Positions 10,306 to 23,519 of a stretch of DNA of 64,000 nucleotides are shown one piece after another. Below the pieces are notes generated by a model. That model made no database searches. It was not told the origin of the DNA and worked only from the letters and a program-made list of their open reading frames with translations. The DNA is from Mobula birostris. Its lineage: Eukaryota. The stretch spans positions 16,634,762 through 16,698,761 of the forward strand of contig NC_092378.1 of the NCBI RefSeq assembly GCF_030028105.1, written 5' to 3'. The stretch's first letter is position 1. Each line of letters opens with the position of its first letter. A program made the position numbers and the translations under genes.

Positions 10306-12598
10306 CATCAACCGTCTCGACTTCACCGCACCTTGTCCCCATTCCAACCTCACTCCTTCGGAACGCTCTGCTCTCCACTCCCTCCGCACTAATCCTAACC
10401 TTATTATTAAACCCGCCGATAACGGGGGTGCTGTTGTAGTCTGGCGTACTGACCTCTACCTTGCCGAGGCACAGCGACAACTCGCGGATACCTCCTCTTA
10501 TTTACCCCTCGATCGTGACCTCACTAAGGAGCACCAGGCCATTGTCTCCCACACCATCACCGACTTTATCCGCTCAGGGGATCGCCCATCCACTGCTACC
10601 AACCTTATAGTTCCCACACCTCGCACTTCCCGTTTCTACCTCCTACCCAAGATCCACAAACCTGCCTGTCTTGGCAGACCTATCGTCTCAGCTTGCTCCT
10701 GTCCCACCGAACTCATTTCTGCATACCTCGACACGGTTTTATCCCCCCTTGTTCAATCCCTTCCGACCTATGTTCGTGACACTTCTCATGCTCTGAAACT
10801 TTTCGATGATTTTAAGTTCCCTGGCCCCCACCGCTTTATTTTCACCATGGATGTCCAGTCCCTATATACTTCCATCCCCCATCAGGAAGGTCTCAAAGCT
10901 CTACGCTTCTTTTTGGATTCCAGACCTAATCAGTTCCCCTCTACCACCACTCTGCTCCGTCTAGCGGAATTAGTCCTTACTCTTAATAATTTTTCCTTTG
11001 GCTCCTCCCACTTCCTCCAAATTAAAGGTGTTGCTATGGGCACCCGTATGGGTCCTAGCTATGCCTGCCTTTTTGTTGGCTTTGTGGAACAATCTATGTT
11101 CCGCGCCTATTCTGGTATCTGTCCCCCACTTTTCCTTCGCTGCATCGACGACAGCATTGGCGCTGCTTCCTGCACGCATACAGAGCTCATTGACTTTATT
11201 AACTTTGCCTCCAACTTTCACCCTGCCCTCAAGTTTACCTGGTCCATTTCCGACACCTCTCTCCCCTTTCTAGATCTTTCTGTCTCTGTCTCTGGAGACC
11301 GCTTATCCACTGATGTCTACTATAAGCCTACTGACTCTCACAGCTATCTGGACTATTCCTCTTCTCACCCTGTCTCTTGCAAAAACGCCATCCCCTTCTC
11401 GCAATTCCTCCGTCTCCACCGCATCTGCTCTCAGGATGAAGCTTTTTCATTCTAGGACGAGGGAGATGTCTGCCTTTTTTAAAGAAAGGGGCTTCCCTTC
11501 CTCCACTATCAACTCTGCTCTTAAACGCATCTCCCCCATTTCACGTACATCTGCTCTCACTCCATCCTCCCGCCACCCCACTAGGAATAGGGTTCCCCTG
11601 GCCCTCACCTACCACCCCACCAGCCTCCGGGTCCAACATATTATTCTCCGTAACTTCCGCCACCTCCAACGGGATTCCACCACTAAGCACATCTTTCCCT
11701 CCCCACCTCTCTCTGCATTCCGCAGGGATCGCTCCCTACGCAACTCCCTTGTCCATTCGTCCCCCCATCCCTCCCCACTGATCTCCCTCCTGGCACTTAT
11801 CCGTGTAAGCGGAACAAGTGCTACACATGCCCTTACACTTCCTCCCTTACCACCATTCAGGGCCCCAAACAGTCCTTCCAGGTGAGGCAACACTTCACCT
11901 GTGAGTCGGCTGGGGTGATATACTGCGTCCGGTGCTCCCGATGTGGCCTTTTATATATTGGTGAGACCTGACGCAGACTGGGAGACCGCTTTGCTGAACA
12001 TCTACGCTCTGTCCGCCAGAGAAAGCAGGATCTCCCAGTGGCCACACATTTTAATTCCACATCCCATTCCCATTCTGACATGTCTATCCACGGCCTCCTC
12101 TACTGTAAAGATGAAGCCACACTCAGGTTGGAGGAACAACATCTTATATTCCGTCTGGGTAGCCTCCAACCTGATGACATGAACATCGACTTCTCTAACT
12201 TCCGCTAATGCCCCACCTCTCCCTCGTACCCCATCTGTTACTTATTTTTATACACACATTCTTTCTCTCACTCTCCTTTTTCTCCCTCTGTCCCTCTGAA
12301 TATACCCCTTGCCCATCCTCTGGGTCTCCCCCCCTTTGTCTTTCTTCCCAGACCTCCTGTCCCATGATCCTCTTGTATCCCTTTTGCCAATCACCTGTCC
12401 AGCTCTTGGCTCCGTCCCTCCCACTCCTGTCTTCTCCTATCATTTTGGATCTCCCCCCCCCCCCCCAACTTTCAAATCCCTTACTCACTCTTCCTTCAGT
12501 TAGTCCTGACGAAAGGTCTCGGCCTGAAACGTCGACTGCACCTCTTCCTAGAGATGCTGCCTGGCCTGCTGTGTTCACCAGCAACTTTTATGTGTGTT
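10306..12598 (+). mobile_element. Penelope-like retroelement, 5'-truncated (RT + GIY-YIG endonuclease), frameshifted
   Basis: RT motifs MDVQSLYTSIPH, GVAMGTRMGPSYA, LRCIDD (YIDD mutated), LPFLDL; Cys/His linker; GVIYCVRCSRCGLLYIGET; pLTR-type 3' end. Confidence 0.92.
12501..12538 (+). ncRNA. Minimal type I hammerhead ribozyme motif in the Penelope pLTR
   Basis: UAGUC-CUGACGA-A-AGG(UCUCGG)CCU-GAAA-C-GUC^-GACUG: intact catalytic core, helix I UAGUC/GACUG, helix II AGG/CCU, palindromic ACGU in place of helix III. Confidence 0.75.
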
Positions 12599-12802
12599 AC
12601 AGTGCAAGTGATTTTTTTTTCACATCTGCATTTTACGTAGAAAATTTGAAAAACTTAATTTGTTGATACAGCTTCTGAATCCATTCAAAATGATTGAAAT
12701 AGCTTATTAACCTTTCAAATGTTTTTTCATGCCATATGGATACTGTGTAAAAATTTCTTTAATTTGCACCAAATAATGAACCTGTAGGTATTAACATATA
12801 TA

Positions 12803-13098
12803 AGCATCTGTTAGTATTGTGAGACCATGGATTTGCGCCTTGGAAGTTTTCCAGGGCGCAGGCCTGGGCAAGGTTGTATGGAAGACCGGCAGTTGCCCAT
12901 GCTGCAAGTCTCCCCTCTCCACACCATCGATGTTGTCCAAGGGAAGGGCACTAGGGCCGATACAGCTTGGCGCCAGTATCGCCACAGAGCATTGTGTGGT
13001 TAAATGCCTTGCTCAAGGACACAACACGCTGCCTCAGCTGAGGCTCGAACTAGCGACCTTCAGACCACTAGACTAACGCCTTAACCACTTGGCCACGC
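12803..13098 (-). mobile_element. tRNA-derived SINE
   Basis: The minus strand begins GCGTGGCCAAGTGGTTAAGGCG (A box) ... AGTTCGAGCC (B box), then GTGTCCTTGAGCAAGGCATTTAACC. Confidence 0.75.
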
Positions 13099-14029
13099 AT
13101 TAACATATACATATATTCTTATAGTGAAGAAACATTTCTGATCTATAGATACTGCAAATGAAAATGTGTTGTGTTATTTGACATTCCTGTACTGCAAGAC
13201 TCAAATATTTATCAACACGTACATTACTTTGAGATCTTATGGTTCTTCTGCAGCCCCACCAGGGCCTTGGATATCCTCCACCCACTCCAGTTCTGTGGCC
13301 AAATGAGGCCTGTGTAGGATCCACATATTTGATCACAGGTGAAGCTTGTCAAGCAGGCTGGTAGGTTGGTTGAGAGATGGTGTGTTCTTTCTGCCATTTT
13401 TTGGTGACCCCACCCCTCACATGCTCTCAATAAAATGACTCCGGTATCTCAGTAAATTCCCAATGCTCTTTCTCCATTTTGATAAATCACCAGCCAAAGA
13501 CTCCCAGGGGTCAGTGAAGCCACTGAGTTTTTTGCAAGAAAGCATTGAGAATATTCTTGAATCATCTGCCTTTATCTCCCTGCAAATGTTTTGGCCATAT
13601 TAATCTCAAAACATAGTGCCTGGTTCTGAAGTGCAGATAAGGTGACCTAATGGAGCTATCTGCATCTAATTTATATGTCAATGCTTAGGGAACTTGGCAG
13701 GGAGTGGATGCTGAAATCTGTTCACCTCTGATCATAGAGGAGTTTGAAGATACTCTCTGGTGCTTGAGATACCTGCTGTATTTATGAAAATTGTATGAAG
13801 GTGGGGATCACTTATAGATACTCATGTCAAGTTTCAGGTCGTGATCTGAAAGTACTTTAGATTTCCAGATGTGCAGAAGGTGTTTTGGAATATATTTTGG
13901 CATTGTTCTCTGGATTTGCTGAGGTGGCTACGGAGATATGGAAAATAACCTATGTCTTCCAAGGTTCTGGCATTCTACTACTTTGATTGGTTAGGATTTG
14001 TGAGAAAGTTGGTCAAGGGCTTTTCTTTT

Positions 14030-14500
14030 ACAGATGCTTAATGTAAGTCTTATCATATGAGGAGCGTTTGATGGCTCTGAGCCTCTGCTCACTGGAATTC
14101 GGAAGAAACAGGATTGACTTCATTGAAACCAATTGAATGTTGAAAGGCCTTCATAGAGTTGATTTGGACAGGATAGTTACTATGTTGGGGAAGTCTAAGA
14201 CCAGAGGACACAGCCTCAGAATAGAGGGATGTCCTTTTAGAACAGAGATTTCTAAACAGGAATTTCCTTAGCCAGAGAGTGGTGAATCTGTGGAATTTGT
14301 CGACACAGGTGGCTGTGGAAGCCAAGTCATTGGGTATATTTCGGGGAGAGGTTGATAGATTCTTGACTAGTCAGGGCATGAAGGGATACGGGAGGTCAGG
14401 AGATTGGAGTTGAGAGGGGAAATGGATCAGCCATGATGAAATGGCAGTGCAGACTCGATGGGCCAAATGGCCTAATTGTACTCCTGTATCTTATGGTCTT
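14030..14500 (+). mobile_element. CR1-type LINE 3' fragment
   Basis: RT C-terminal remnant (TRGHSL...RNFxSQRVVNLWN) and the typical 3' UTR also seen at 1-125, 31520-31720 and 48830-49150. Confidence 0.8.
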
Positions 14501-15599
14501 AAGGTAAGGCCATTCTCTCATCCATTCTGGTGAATGTTAACAATGACTTAGACATTGGCCTCTGAGCTACATATACACAATTATAGTGCAGTTTGAAGTT
14601 TGAAGCTTGAAGCTGGAGTAACTTCAGTTATGGAGTGGAGAGAGCATTGAAAAGAGTGTTGGACTAATGCTAAAGACTTCCTTGACCTATGTCTGCCCTA
14701 TATATTGAATAGAATCAGAGCATATTTATCTTGATTTCAGATGTGTCACGTGTGCCCATCATTCTTTCAATAAGGAACTGACTTTAACCTCATGAAACTT
14801 GCAACAGACTAAATAAAAAGCTACAAATCCGAGTTGCAGAATGAAAATTACTTTCTCACACAGAACACTCTGTGTCCATGAAGGATAATCCCTGTGATTT
14901 CTGTATGTTAGATTACTAGTCCAGTCATATATTATTGTTGGGGGTTATGATATGAGATTTTATGATATGAGCACCAGATTATGAAATGGAATGGGATGGG
15001 CCTAAGATTTCAGTTTTGGTATTAATTCACTGACATTGTCCCCATTATTGACATCAGTTACTGGCATTTGCTCTGTAGCTTTACCACAGATAACAACATT
15101 TTGCATTTGCCTCTCATGCAGACAAATTATCTGTGCCAACCTCGCTGTGACTTAAACAAGGAGCCTATTGAACCAAATTCGATATTCGAGTAGTCGATCT
15201 CTATATTTTTGATGTACAGTTCAGAAAGTTGCAAATATATAAGAACAGCCACAACCTTGTTTGTTCACCTCTCGTTACAAAATATTTCACTCCCTTAGTG
15301 GGTATTGCATGGATAAAGTTCACAATTATAGGGCATGAGTCCAAAATGAATAGCACTCTCCAATTCCTTTTAGCTACTCTAGGACCAATCTAAATGGTAT
15401 TGATAAAGAGATGCCAAAATCTACCCAGTTCAATCCTAATAACATGGTCTCATTTGGAACTTAGCTGGGGTGTTCTAAAAAGGATTTAGAGAAAGCATAA
15501 ATCATAACCTGTACAAAAGGTCTATCTCTGAGAGAATAAGCAGGTTGGAAATGTACTTGCTTTGCTTAGTTTTGTTTTTTTCTTATTTCTCCCTTCTGC

Positions 15600-16980
15600 T
15601 GAAAGCACTGAGTTATGTTGATCCATTGTTTCTTTCTGCTCCTGCCCAACTGACTTGTGTCCGTAACTCAACTCCATTTTGTCCTCCTTGGTTCATTCCC
15701 TTTCCATCTACATTTGTGATACTTCACTCTCAATCTCTTCAATTACTTTAATTTCCCTGGCCCTAATCGCCTCATTTTCACTGGATTTCCAGTCCCTGTA
15801 CACTTCTATCCCTCATCAGGAAAGCTTTAAAACTCTGCATTTTTTTCTAGACAACAGATCTAACTAGTTGCCCTCCACCACCATCCTCCTCTGTTTGGTG
15901 GAACTGGTCCTTAACTACAAAAACGAAAACAAGAGAAAATATGCAGATGCTGGAAATCCAAGCAACACACACAAAATGTTGGAGGAACTCAGTAGGCCAG
16001 GCAGCATCTATAGAATGGGATGAAGGTTCCCAGCCCGAAACGTTAACTGTATTCTTTTCCATTGATACTGCCTGGCCTGCTGAGTTCCTCGAGCATTTTG
16101 TGTGTGTTGCTTATCCACAAAAAATTCTCTTTCTGCTCTGCCACTTTCTCCAAACCTAAGGTGTAGCCCTGGACACCGAAATGGTCCCCAGTTATGCCTG
16201 CATTTTCAGAAACAGTCCACGTTCCAGGCTTACACTGGTAACGCTGTCACAACCATGAATTTGGCAACGCAGCAGATACAGCAATTGCGCTCGTGAATAT
16301 ACACGTGTCAGCTAATTATTATTTCATTGTGTTAGCATTTAACTCCATTCATTCCGTTGTAGCATTTGTTGAGACTTGGCCACAGCACAGCAACGCTTCG
16401 CTGCCTGTTTGCATTCAGCCTTGCAGTAGAAATTGAACAGTCGAATCAACCGACTCTGAAGACTAGCGGTATTCATTTTATTCTTAGTTGTTCTTTTCAG
16501 CCGCAGTGTAGGCTTCATTTCTCATTTTGAGAGTTTTAGTTAATGGCCCTGTTTGGCCTAGCATTAATTGTTTTCTTTTCCCTTCAACACTGTCTGCATT
16601 AAAGTCTGTGAACTATCGACCCACTTCAGTGTCTCTCACTCCACACTTGGGCCATATCCAAACCCAGTGACAAATGCTCCCCAGCTCTTTCTACAGTACA
16701 TTGATGCTCACTGAGCTCATCAACTTCATCAACTTTGCCTCCAACGTCCACCCTGCCCTCAAATTTACTTGGTCCTTCTCTGGTGGCTTTCACCCCTTTC
16801 TCAATCTCTGTTTCCATCTCCGGGGGCAGACGATATACTGAATCTCACAACTATCTTGACTGTACCTCTTTCCCCCTGTCGCTTGTAAAAATGCCATTCC
16901 CTTTTCTCAGCTCCTCCATTTCTGCCACATCTGTTCTCAGGATGAGGCTTTCCATTCCAGAACATCTGAGATGTTAATGA
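15600..16980 (+). mobile_element. Degenerate Penelope fragments with nested insertions
   Basis: LDFQSLYTSIPHQE and NFASN remnants, interrupted by a foldback element (15930-16112) and a solo LTR. Confidence 0.7.
16245..16672 (+). mobile_element. Solo LTR
   Basis: TGTCAC...GTGACA termini, 5-bp TSD AACGC/AATGC (one transition), ATTAAA near the 3' end. Confidence 0.8.
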
Positions 16981-18769
16981 TCCTTCCATGGTTTCAACTT
17001 TGAACCAATTAATGGATTTTCAAACTTGTTCTCTAAAAGAGACCTACAAAATACATTTCAAAATACCGAATATCTTAATAGAAAATTAGCGGGGTTAACT
17101 TTATGTACATGGATTAAGCTCCATTGGAGAACAAGGGATCTAGTCTTTTGATATTTGTATCCATACATTCAGCACATAATGGTTCTAATATAATTCTGCA
17201 AGAGGAGTTATGGAAATGTTTCTTTTGAATTGGGCTGAAAGACATTTTCTGCATTTTTACTGATGTAGCACCTCAACTCAAAATATCAATTAACCCTTTG
17301 CTTCAACAGATGCTGCCTAACCTGCTGAGTTTATCCAGTAGTTTGTTTTTTGCTCCAGATCCCAGTATCTGCAGTCTCCCTTGACTCCATGTTTCTGTTT
17401 CTGTTATATCATTACTAATTCCTGACCCATCTCAGCACTTCAGACCTACATACTTCTAAAAAGTATCATACGTAAGCATTTCTAACTGTAGTGAAATGAA
17501 AGTGCGAATGTAATGTGCCAACGTTTGATGTTTTGCCCACTAAAATCTAACCAGAAAGCTTCAGTTCTAGGAAAGTGTTAACTGCACTGTGAGTAATCTT
17601 TAATTGCTAATCACATATCACCACATTTCCAATCCTATGGAATGCATATCTCTCTCTAAAATTCGTTGTTAAAATGTACCTTTGCCCTAAATATGTAAGC
17701 AACTTATGCCATTGCAGTATGTGGTTGACTGGTGGAAAACAGGGCAAACTGAGTTTGTAGCAGTAAATGTCACTTACAATGAAAATCACAGGAGCATACA
17801 AAGTGCATGTCTACGTGCATCTTCTTTTGTCTGGCTTAGATATTTGCTGTAGCCACATGGTTTGTGTGAAAAATTGTTTATTTCAATAACATTACCCTTA
17901 CTAGTTTAGCATTTTTGTTTATACTTTGAAGAGGAATTTAAATAGAGTAAAACTAAAGGGCCATCCACCTTATCTATGACTCTCATAACTTTAAACATTT
18001 CTGTACAGTCACCCTTCATTCTCATATATTGCAAGGAATAAGGTCCTAGCTCGGCCAAACTCTCACTTTAACCCTGAGTCACTTATCCTGGCAGCCCTAT
18101 CAGAACATTCTGTTCCAAGAAGATCACTTCTCATTTTCCCAAAGTTCAATGAACATAAGCATGGTCTACTTAACTTCTTCACATGGGACAAACTAGGAAT
18201 TAATACGGTGATCCTTCATTGCACTCCTTGTATTTCCTGCTATGGGCAGGAAGGCTGGATCTTTACACAATATTCCGGAGCCCTGTATAAGAAAGGCCAT
18301 CAGGTTGTCTTTCTTTCTTGACGAACCTGCATGTTATCTTTCAGTGATTTGTGAACAAGGGCACACAGGTCTTTCTGAACACCAGCACTGCAACCCTTCA
18401 TCATTTAAATGTACACAAAATGCCGGAGGAACTTGGCAGGTCAGGCAGCATTCATGGAAAGGAATAAAGAATCATCATTTCAAGGCCAGGACCCTTCTCA
18501 GCACGAAATGTTGACTTTTTATTCCTTTTCCTAGGTACTGCCTAACCTGCTGAGTTTCTTCAGCATTTTGTGGCTGTTATTCTGGATTTACAGCATCTGC
18601 AGAGTCTCTTGTATTATCATTTAAACGTACTCCACTTTTCTATTTTTTGCACCAAAATGGATGACCTCACATTTTTCTACAATAAATTCCATGAGGCCAT
18701 GTTCCCACCCATTCACTCAGCCTGTATTTTTATATATGAATAAAAATATCGATCAAATGCTTTGAGAGG

Positions 18770-19860
18770 TTGGTCATGGATAGAAACAACTCCTGTCTGT
18801 TGTTTCTGGACCTGGACCTTCAGCAATTTGCCTATCACCACAATAGGTCTATGGCAGTCACGATTCCAATGGCTCTCCACGCGGCCTTGGATCACCTGAT
18901 AATACAAATACCTATGTCAGGATGCTGTTTACTGACTATAACTCAGCGTTCAACACCATCATTCCTATAGCCCTGATTGAAAAGCTGCAGAACCTGGGCC
19001 TCTGTAGCTCCCTCTGCAACTTAATCCTCAACTTCCTAACCGGAAGACTACAATCTGTGCAGATTGGAATTAATATCTCCGCCTCGCTGACAATCAACAC
19101 TGGTGCACCACAGGGCTGTGTGCTTAGCCCACTGTTCTACTCCCTCTACACCCATGTCTGCGAGACTCGGCATAACTCAAATGCCATCTATAAAAACTTG
19201 CTGATGATACAACTATTGTTGGCAGAATCTCGGGTCGAGATGTACCAGCCAGTTGAGTGGTGTTGTAGCAACAATCTTGCGCTCAGCATTAGTAAGACCA
19301 AAGAGCTGATTGTGGACTTCAGTAAGAGTAGAACAAGGGAACACAAACCAATCCTCATAGAGGGATCAAAAGTGAAAGTTTCAAGTTCCTGGGTGTCAGT
19401 ATCACCGAGGATCTAATGATCACAACATATTGATGCAACTATAAAGAAGGCAAGACAGTGGCTATATTTCATTAGGAGCTTGAAGAGATTTGGTTTGTCA
19501 CCTAAAACACCCGAAACCTCCTATGGATATACCATAGAGAGCATTCTGACTGGCTGCATCAGAGTCAGGTATGGATAGGGCGGGGTTACCGCACCGGATT
19601 GAGGTAAATTGCGGAAAGTTGTAAACTCAGGAAGGCAGCATCCATCATTAAGGACCATCACCGTGCTGTCTTCTCATTGTTACCATGAGAAAGGACGTAC
19701 AGAAGCTTGAAGGCTCACACTCAGTGATTCAGGAACAGCTTCTTCCCCCCTGCCATCCGATTCCTAAATAGACATTGAACCCCATGAACACCACCTCACT
19801 ACTTTTTTAAAATTTATTTTTGTTTTTGTATTACTTATTCAACAACTACTTAATCTATAT
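18770..19860 (+). mobile_element. Rex/Babar-type LINE RT and 3' end, degenerate
   Basis: [15 protein letters not shown]...[27 protein letters not shown]. Confidence 0.85.
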
Positions 19861-19869
19861 TATGGATGT

Positions 19870-20240
19870 AGAGGATGCGGAGGATGAGCGGTGACCTGAT
19901 AGAGGTGTATAAGATGATGAGAGGCATTGATCATGTGGATAGTCAGAGGCTTTTTTCCAGGGCTGAAATGGTTAGCATGAGAAGGCACAGTTTTAAGGTG
20001 CTTGGAAGTAGGTACAGAGGAGATGTCAGGGGTAAGTTTTTTTACACAGAGAGTGGTGAGTGCATGGAATGGGCTGCCAGCAACGGTGGTGGAGGCGGAT
20101 ACGATAGGGTCTTTTAAGAGACATGGAGCTTAGAAAAATAGAGGGCTATGGGTAACCCTAATTTCTCAAATAAGTACATGTTCGGCACAGCTTTGTGGGC
20201 CGAATGCTCCATATTGTGCTGTATGTTTTCTATGTTTCTT
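19870..20240 (+). mobile_element. CR1-type LINE 3' end inserted in the Rex/Babar 3' UTR
   Basis: RRMSGDLIEVYKMMRGID motif; the same 3' UTR occurs at 33060-33310 (-) and 40912-41085 (+). Confidence 0.8.
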
Positions 20241-20842
20241 ACATATGTATGTACTTAATGTATCTGTTTTTTCCTATATTTATCATATTTATCATTGTAC
20301 TGCTGCCACAAAGTTAACAAATTTCATGACATATGCAAGTGATATTAAACTTGATTCTGATTCTTCTATTGTATCCTTGAAGCCTCTCCATTTCCTTCTC
20401 ACAAGCTCAGTATGACACAGCCTACTACCAGAAACAAACTTGCATATATTGTACGTGGATCCCCATCTGGTTGATAAACATAAATAGTATTGGAGGTACT
20501 GCAACAACTGTTTATCAGATTGATTTCCATGAAATGAGATTAAGCACACAGGAGCAATACATGTTTAATTTTAGAAGAATATAACATGATCTCATTGAAG
20601 AATAAAATATTCTTGGAGGGATTAATAAACGAGATGCTGGGATGAAGTTGCTCCTAACTTAGATATCTAGAATGAGGGTTCACTCCACAGGTCATATTTA
20701 CCCATGGAGTTTGTGTTAATTTGCCTTCAGATTTTAGAACTGGCTTATTTATACTGTTTTATTGAAAAAATTATTCAGTGCGTACATGTTGGCAGCACTG
20801 GCAAAAAATTGCACAGCACAAGATTTTTGTGCACACTGGTCA

Positions 20843-22900
20843 TTACAAATTAAAGGGAACATTGTTGGTCGGTACCCCGTCTGGGCTGGATGCTTTCTGT
20901 GGGTTCACCCTCCTAAAGGATGCTCTCATGTCAGCCTCAGATACTGAAATCACAGGATCTTTGGGGGCTATGGGAGTTTGATGGTCAAAGTGAGCATAAA
21001 AGGCATTGAGCTCATCTGGAAGCATCTTGTTATCATCTATGTCATTTGGTTTCACTTTGTTAGAGTTGGTAGCATTCAAGCCCTGCCACAACTGTTCCTT
21101 CAGGTCCTGAATTGCCACTTTGCATGTGAGATGGCTTTTCAGAGATTGTACCTGGAGGTCTTTTATTTTACTTAGTCACCATTCCTGAACACCATTGATC
21201 TGGCCCTCAGCAGATTGCGGATTTCTTGGTTCATCCAGGTCTTCTGGTTAGGAAAAACTCTGAATGATTTTGTGGGTGCAGTCTTTATAAAGTTTGTAAC
21301 AACCGTGATGTTTACATTCGCATCTCTGATGAGTCCTTGAAAATGGCCCAGTCCGCCATCTCGAAGCAATCCCCTAGCCGGTCCTCTGCATCCCATGACC
21401 ACCTCTTTGTTGTCCTTATCTCTATAGTCTTGCACTTTAGCCTCTGCCTGTATGCAGGTAGAAGGAGGGCAGCCAAATGGTCAGATTTCCTGAAATGCGG
21501 TCTAGGGATGGAACAGTACACCAGGTGCAGCCTCACCAGTGCCCTGTATAGTTGCAGCATAACCTCCCTGCTCTTAAATTCAATCCCTCTAGCAATGAAG
21601 GCCAACATTCTTTTTGCCTTCTTGATAGCCTGCTGCACCCGCAAACCAACCTTTAGTGATTCATGCACAAGCACTCCCAAGTCCCTCTGCACCGCAGCAT
21701 GCTGCAATTTTTACCATTTAAATAATAACCTGCTCTTACATTTTTCATTTCTAAGTGGATGACCTTGCCATTTGCCAACATTGTACTCCACGTGCCAGAC
21801 CCTTGCCCACTCACTTAAGCTATCTATATTGCTCTGCAGACCCTCCATATCTTCTGCACAATTTGCTTTTCCATTCAATTTAGTATCATCAGCAAATTTA
21901 GATACACTACACTCGGTCCCTCTTCCAGATCGTTAATATATATCGCGAACAATTGCAGGTCCTGCACCGACCCCTGCAGCACACTGCTTACCACTGTTTG
22001 CCAACCAGAGTAACACCCATGTATCCCAACTCTCTGTGTTCTATTAGTTAACCAATCCTCAATCCATGCTAATAGTCATAGTCATACTTTATTGATCCCA
22101 GGGAAAATTGGTTTTCATTACAGTTGCACCATAAATAATTAAATAGTAATAAAACCATAAATAGTTAAATAGTAATATGTAAATTATGCCAGGAAATATG
22201 TCCAGGACCAGCCTATTGGCTCAGGGTGTCTGACCCTCCAAGGGAGGAGTTGTAAAGTTTGATGGCCACAGGCAGGAATGACTTCCTATGATGCTCTGTG
22301 TTGCATCTCGGTGGAATGAGTCTCTGGCTGAATGTACTCCTGTACCCACCCAGTACATTATGTAGTGGATGGGAGACATTGTCCAAGATGGCATGCAACT
22401 TGGACAGCATCCTCTTTTCAGACACCACCGTCAGAGAGTCCAGTTCCATCCCCACAACATCACTGGCCTTACGAATGAGTTTGTTGATTCTGTTGGTGTC
22501 TGCTACCCTCAGCCTGCTGCCCCAGCACACAACAGCAAACATGATCGCACTGGCCACCACAGACTCGTAGAACATCCTCAGCATCGTCCGACAGATGTTA
22601 AAGGACCTCAGTCTCCTCAGGAAATAGAGACGGCTCTGACCCTTCTTGTAGACAGCCTCAGTGTTCTTTGACCAGTCCAGTTTATTGTCAATTCGTATCC
22701 CCAGGCATTTGCAATCCTCCACCATGTCCACACTGACCTCCTGGATGGAAACAGGGGTCGCCGGGGTAATACAGGAGTAATACATCACCCCGAACTCTGT
22801 GAATCCTTATCTTATGGATAAATTTTTTATGCGTCACTTTATTGAACGCCTTCTGGAGATCCAAGTAAATAACATCCATCTGTTCCGCTCTATCCACTGT
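20843..22900 (-). mobile_element. Nested LINE fragments: Rex/Babar (20843-21495), CR1 (21500-22070 and 22770-22900), and a younger Rex/Babar 3' end (22075-22770)
   Basis: LPDELNAFYAHF; QRDLGVLVHESLK...YRALVR; KKGQSRLYFLRRLRSFNICRTMLRMFYESVVAS. Confidence 0.8.
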
Positions 22901-23519
22901 GCTTGTCAAACGGGACCTGCCTTTGTTGAATCCATGCTGTGTCTGCCTGATGGATCCATTTCCTTCCAGAATACAACCTGAGATTAATTTTCTTGTGGGC
23001 ATACTTAATAAGTCCATAATAGAATCAATGAAAGACTGCTCCAAGTTTGGTGTTCAACCAGTGTGCCAAAACAACAAACTATGGAAATACAAAAAGAAAG
23101 AAAGAAAGAAGCAATAAGTGTCATGACAATTAGTTGAAGAGTCTTTGAAAGTAAATCCATCAGCTGTGGGAACATTTCAATCATGTGGCAAGTGAAGTTA
23201 TCCCCACTGGTTCAAGAGGCTGATGGCCGAGGGGTAGTAATTGTTCCTAAACTGGTGGTGTGAGTTCTAATAAGGATAAGCACAACAGTTAACAAATTTC
23301 ATGACAGATGCTGTTGATATTAAATCTGATTCTGAGAATGCAAATCAAAAAACTCCTACTCAAGCTATATAACATGTAGATCAAGTTCTAGCTTCAACAT
23401 AATATCTTCTTGCTTCAACAAGATCTAAACTCCCAAAATAGTTTAGACTGAATTATATCCTAAATGATGTATGAAGAAACCCCAATCTTAATTGATTGGG
23501 TAAATCTTAAAGACTCTTC

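Noticed and set aside
13020-13098. tRNA gene
   Set aside because: A and B boxes are present, but the sequence continues into a SINE body and has no complete cloverleaf; it is a SINE head.
9936-14845. Exact 15-mer GAGTTGCAGAATGAA at ~9936 and ~14831
   Set aside because: About one or two such matches are expected by chance in 64 kb, and the flanks do not align.
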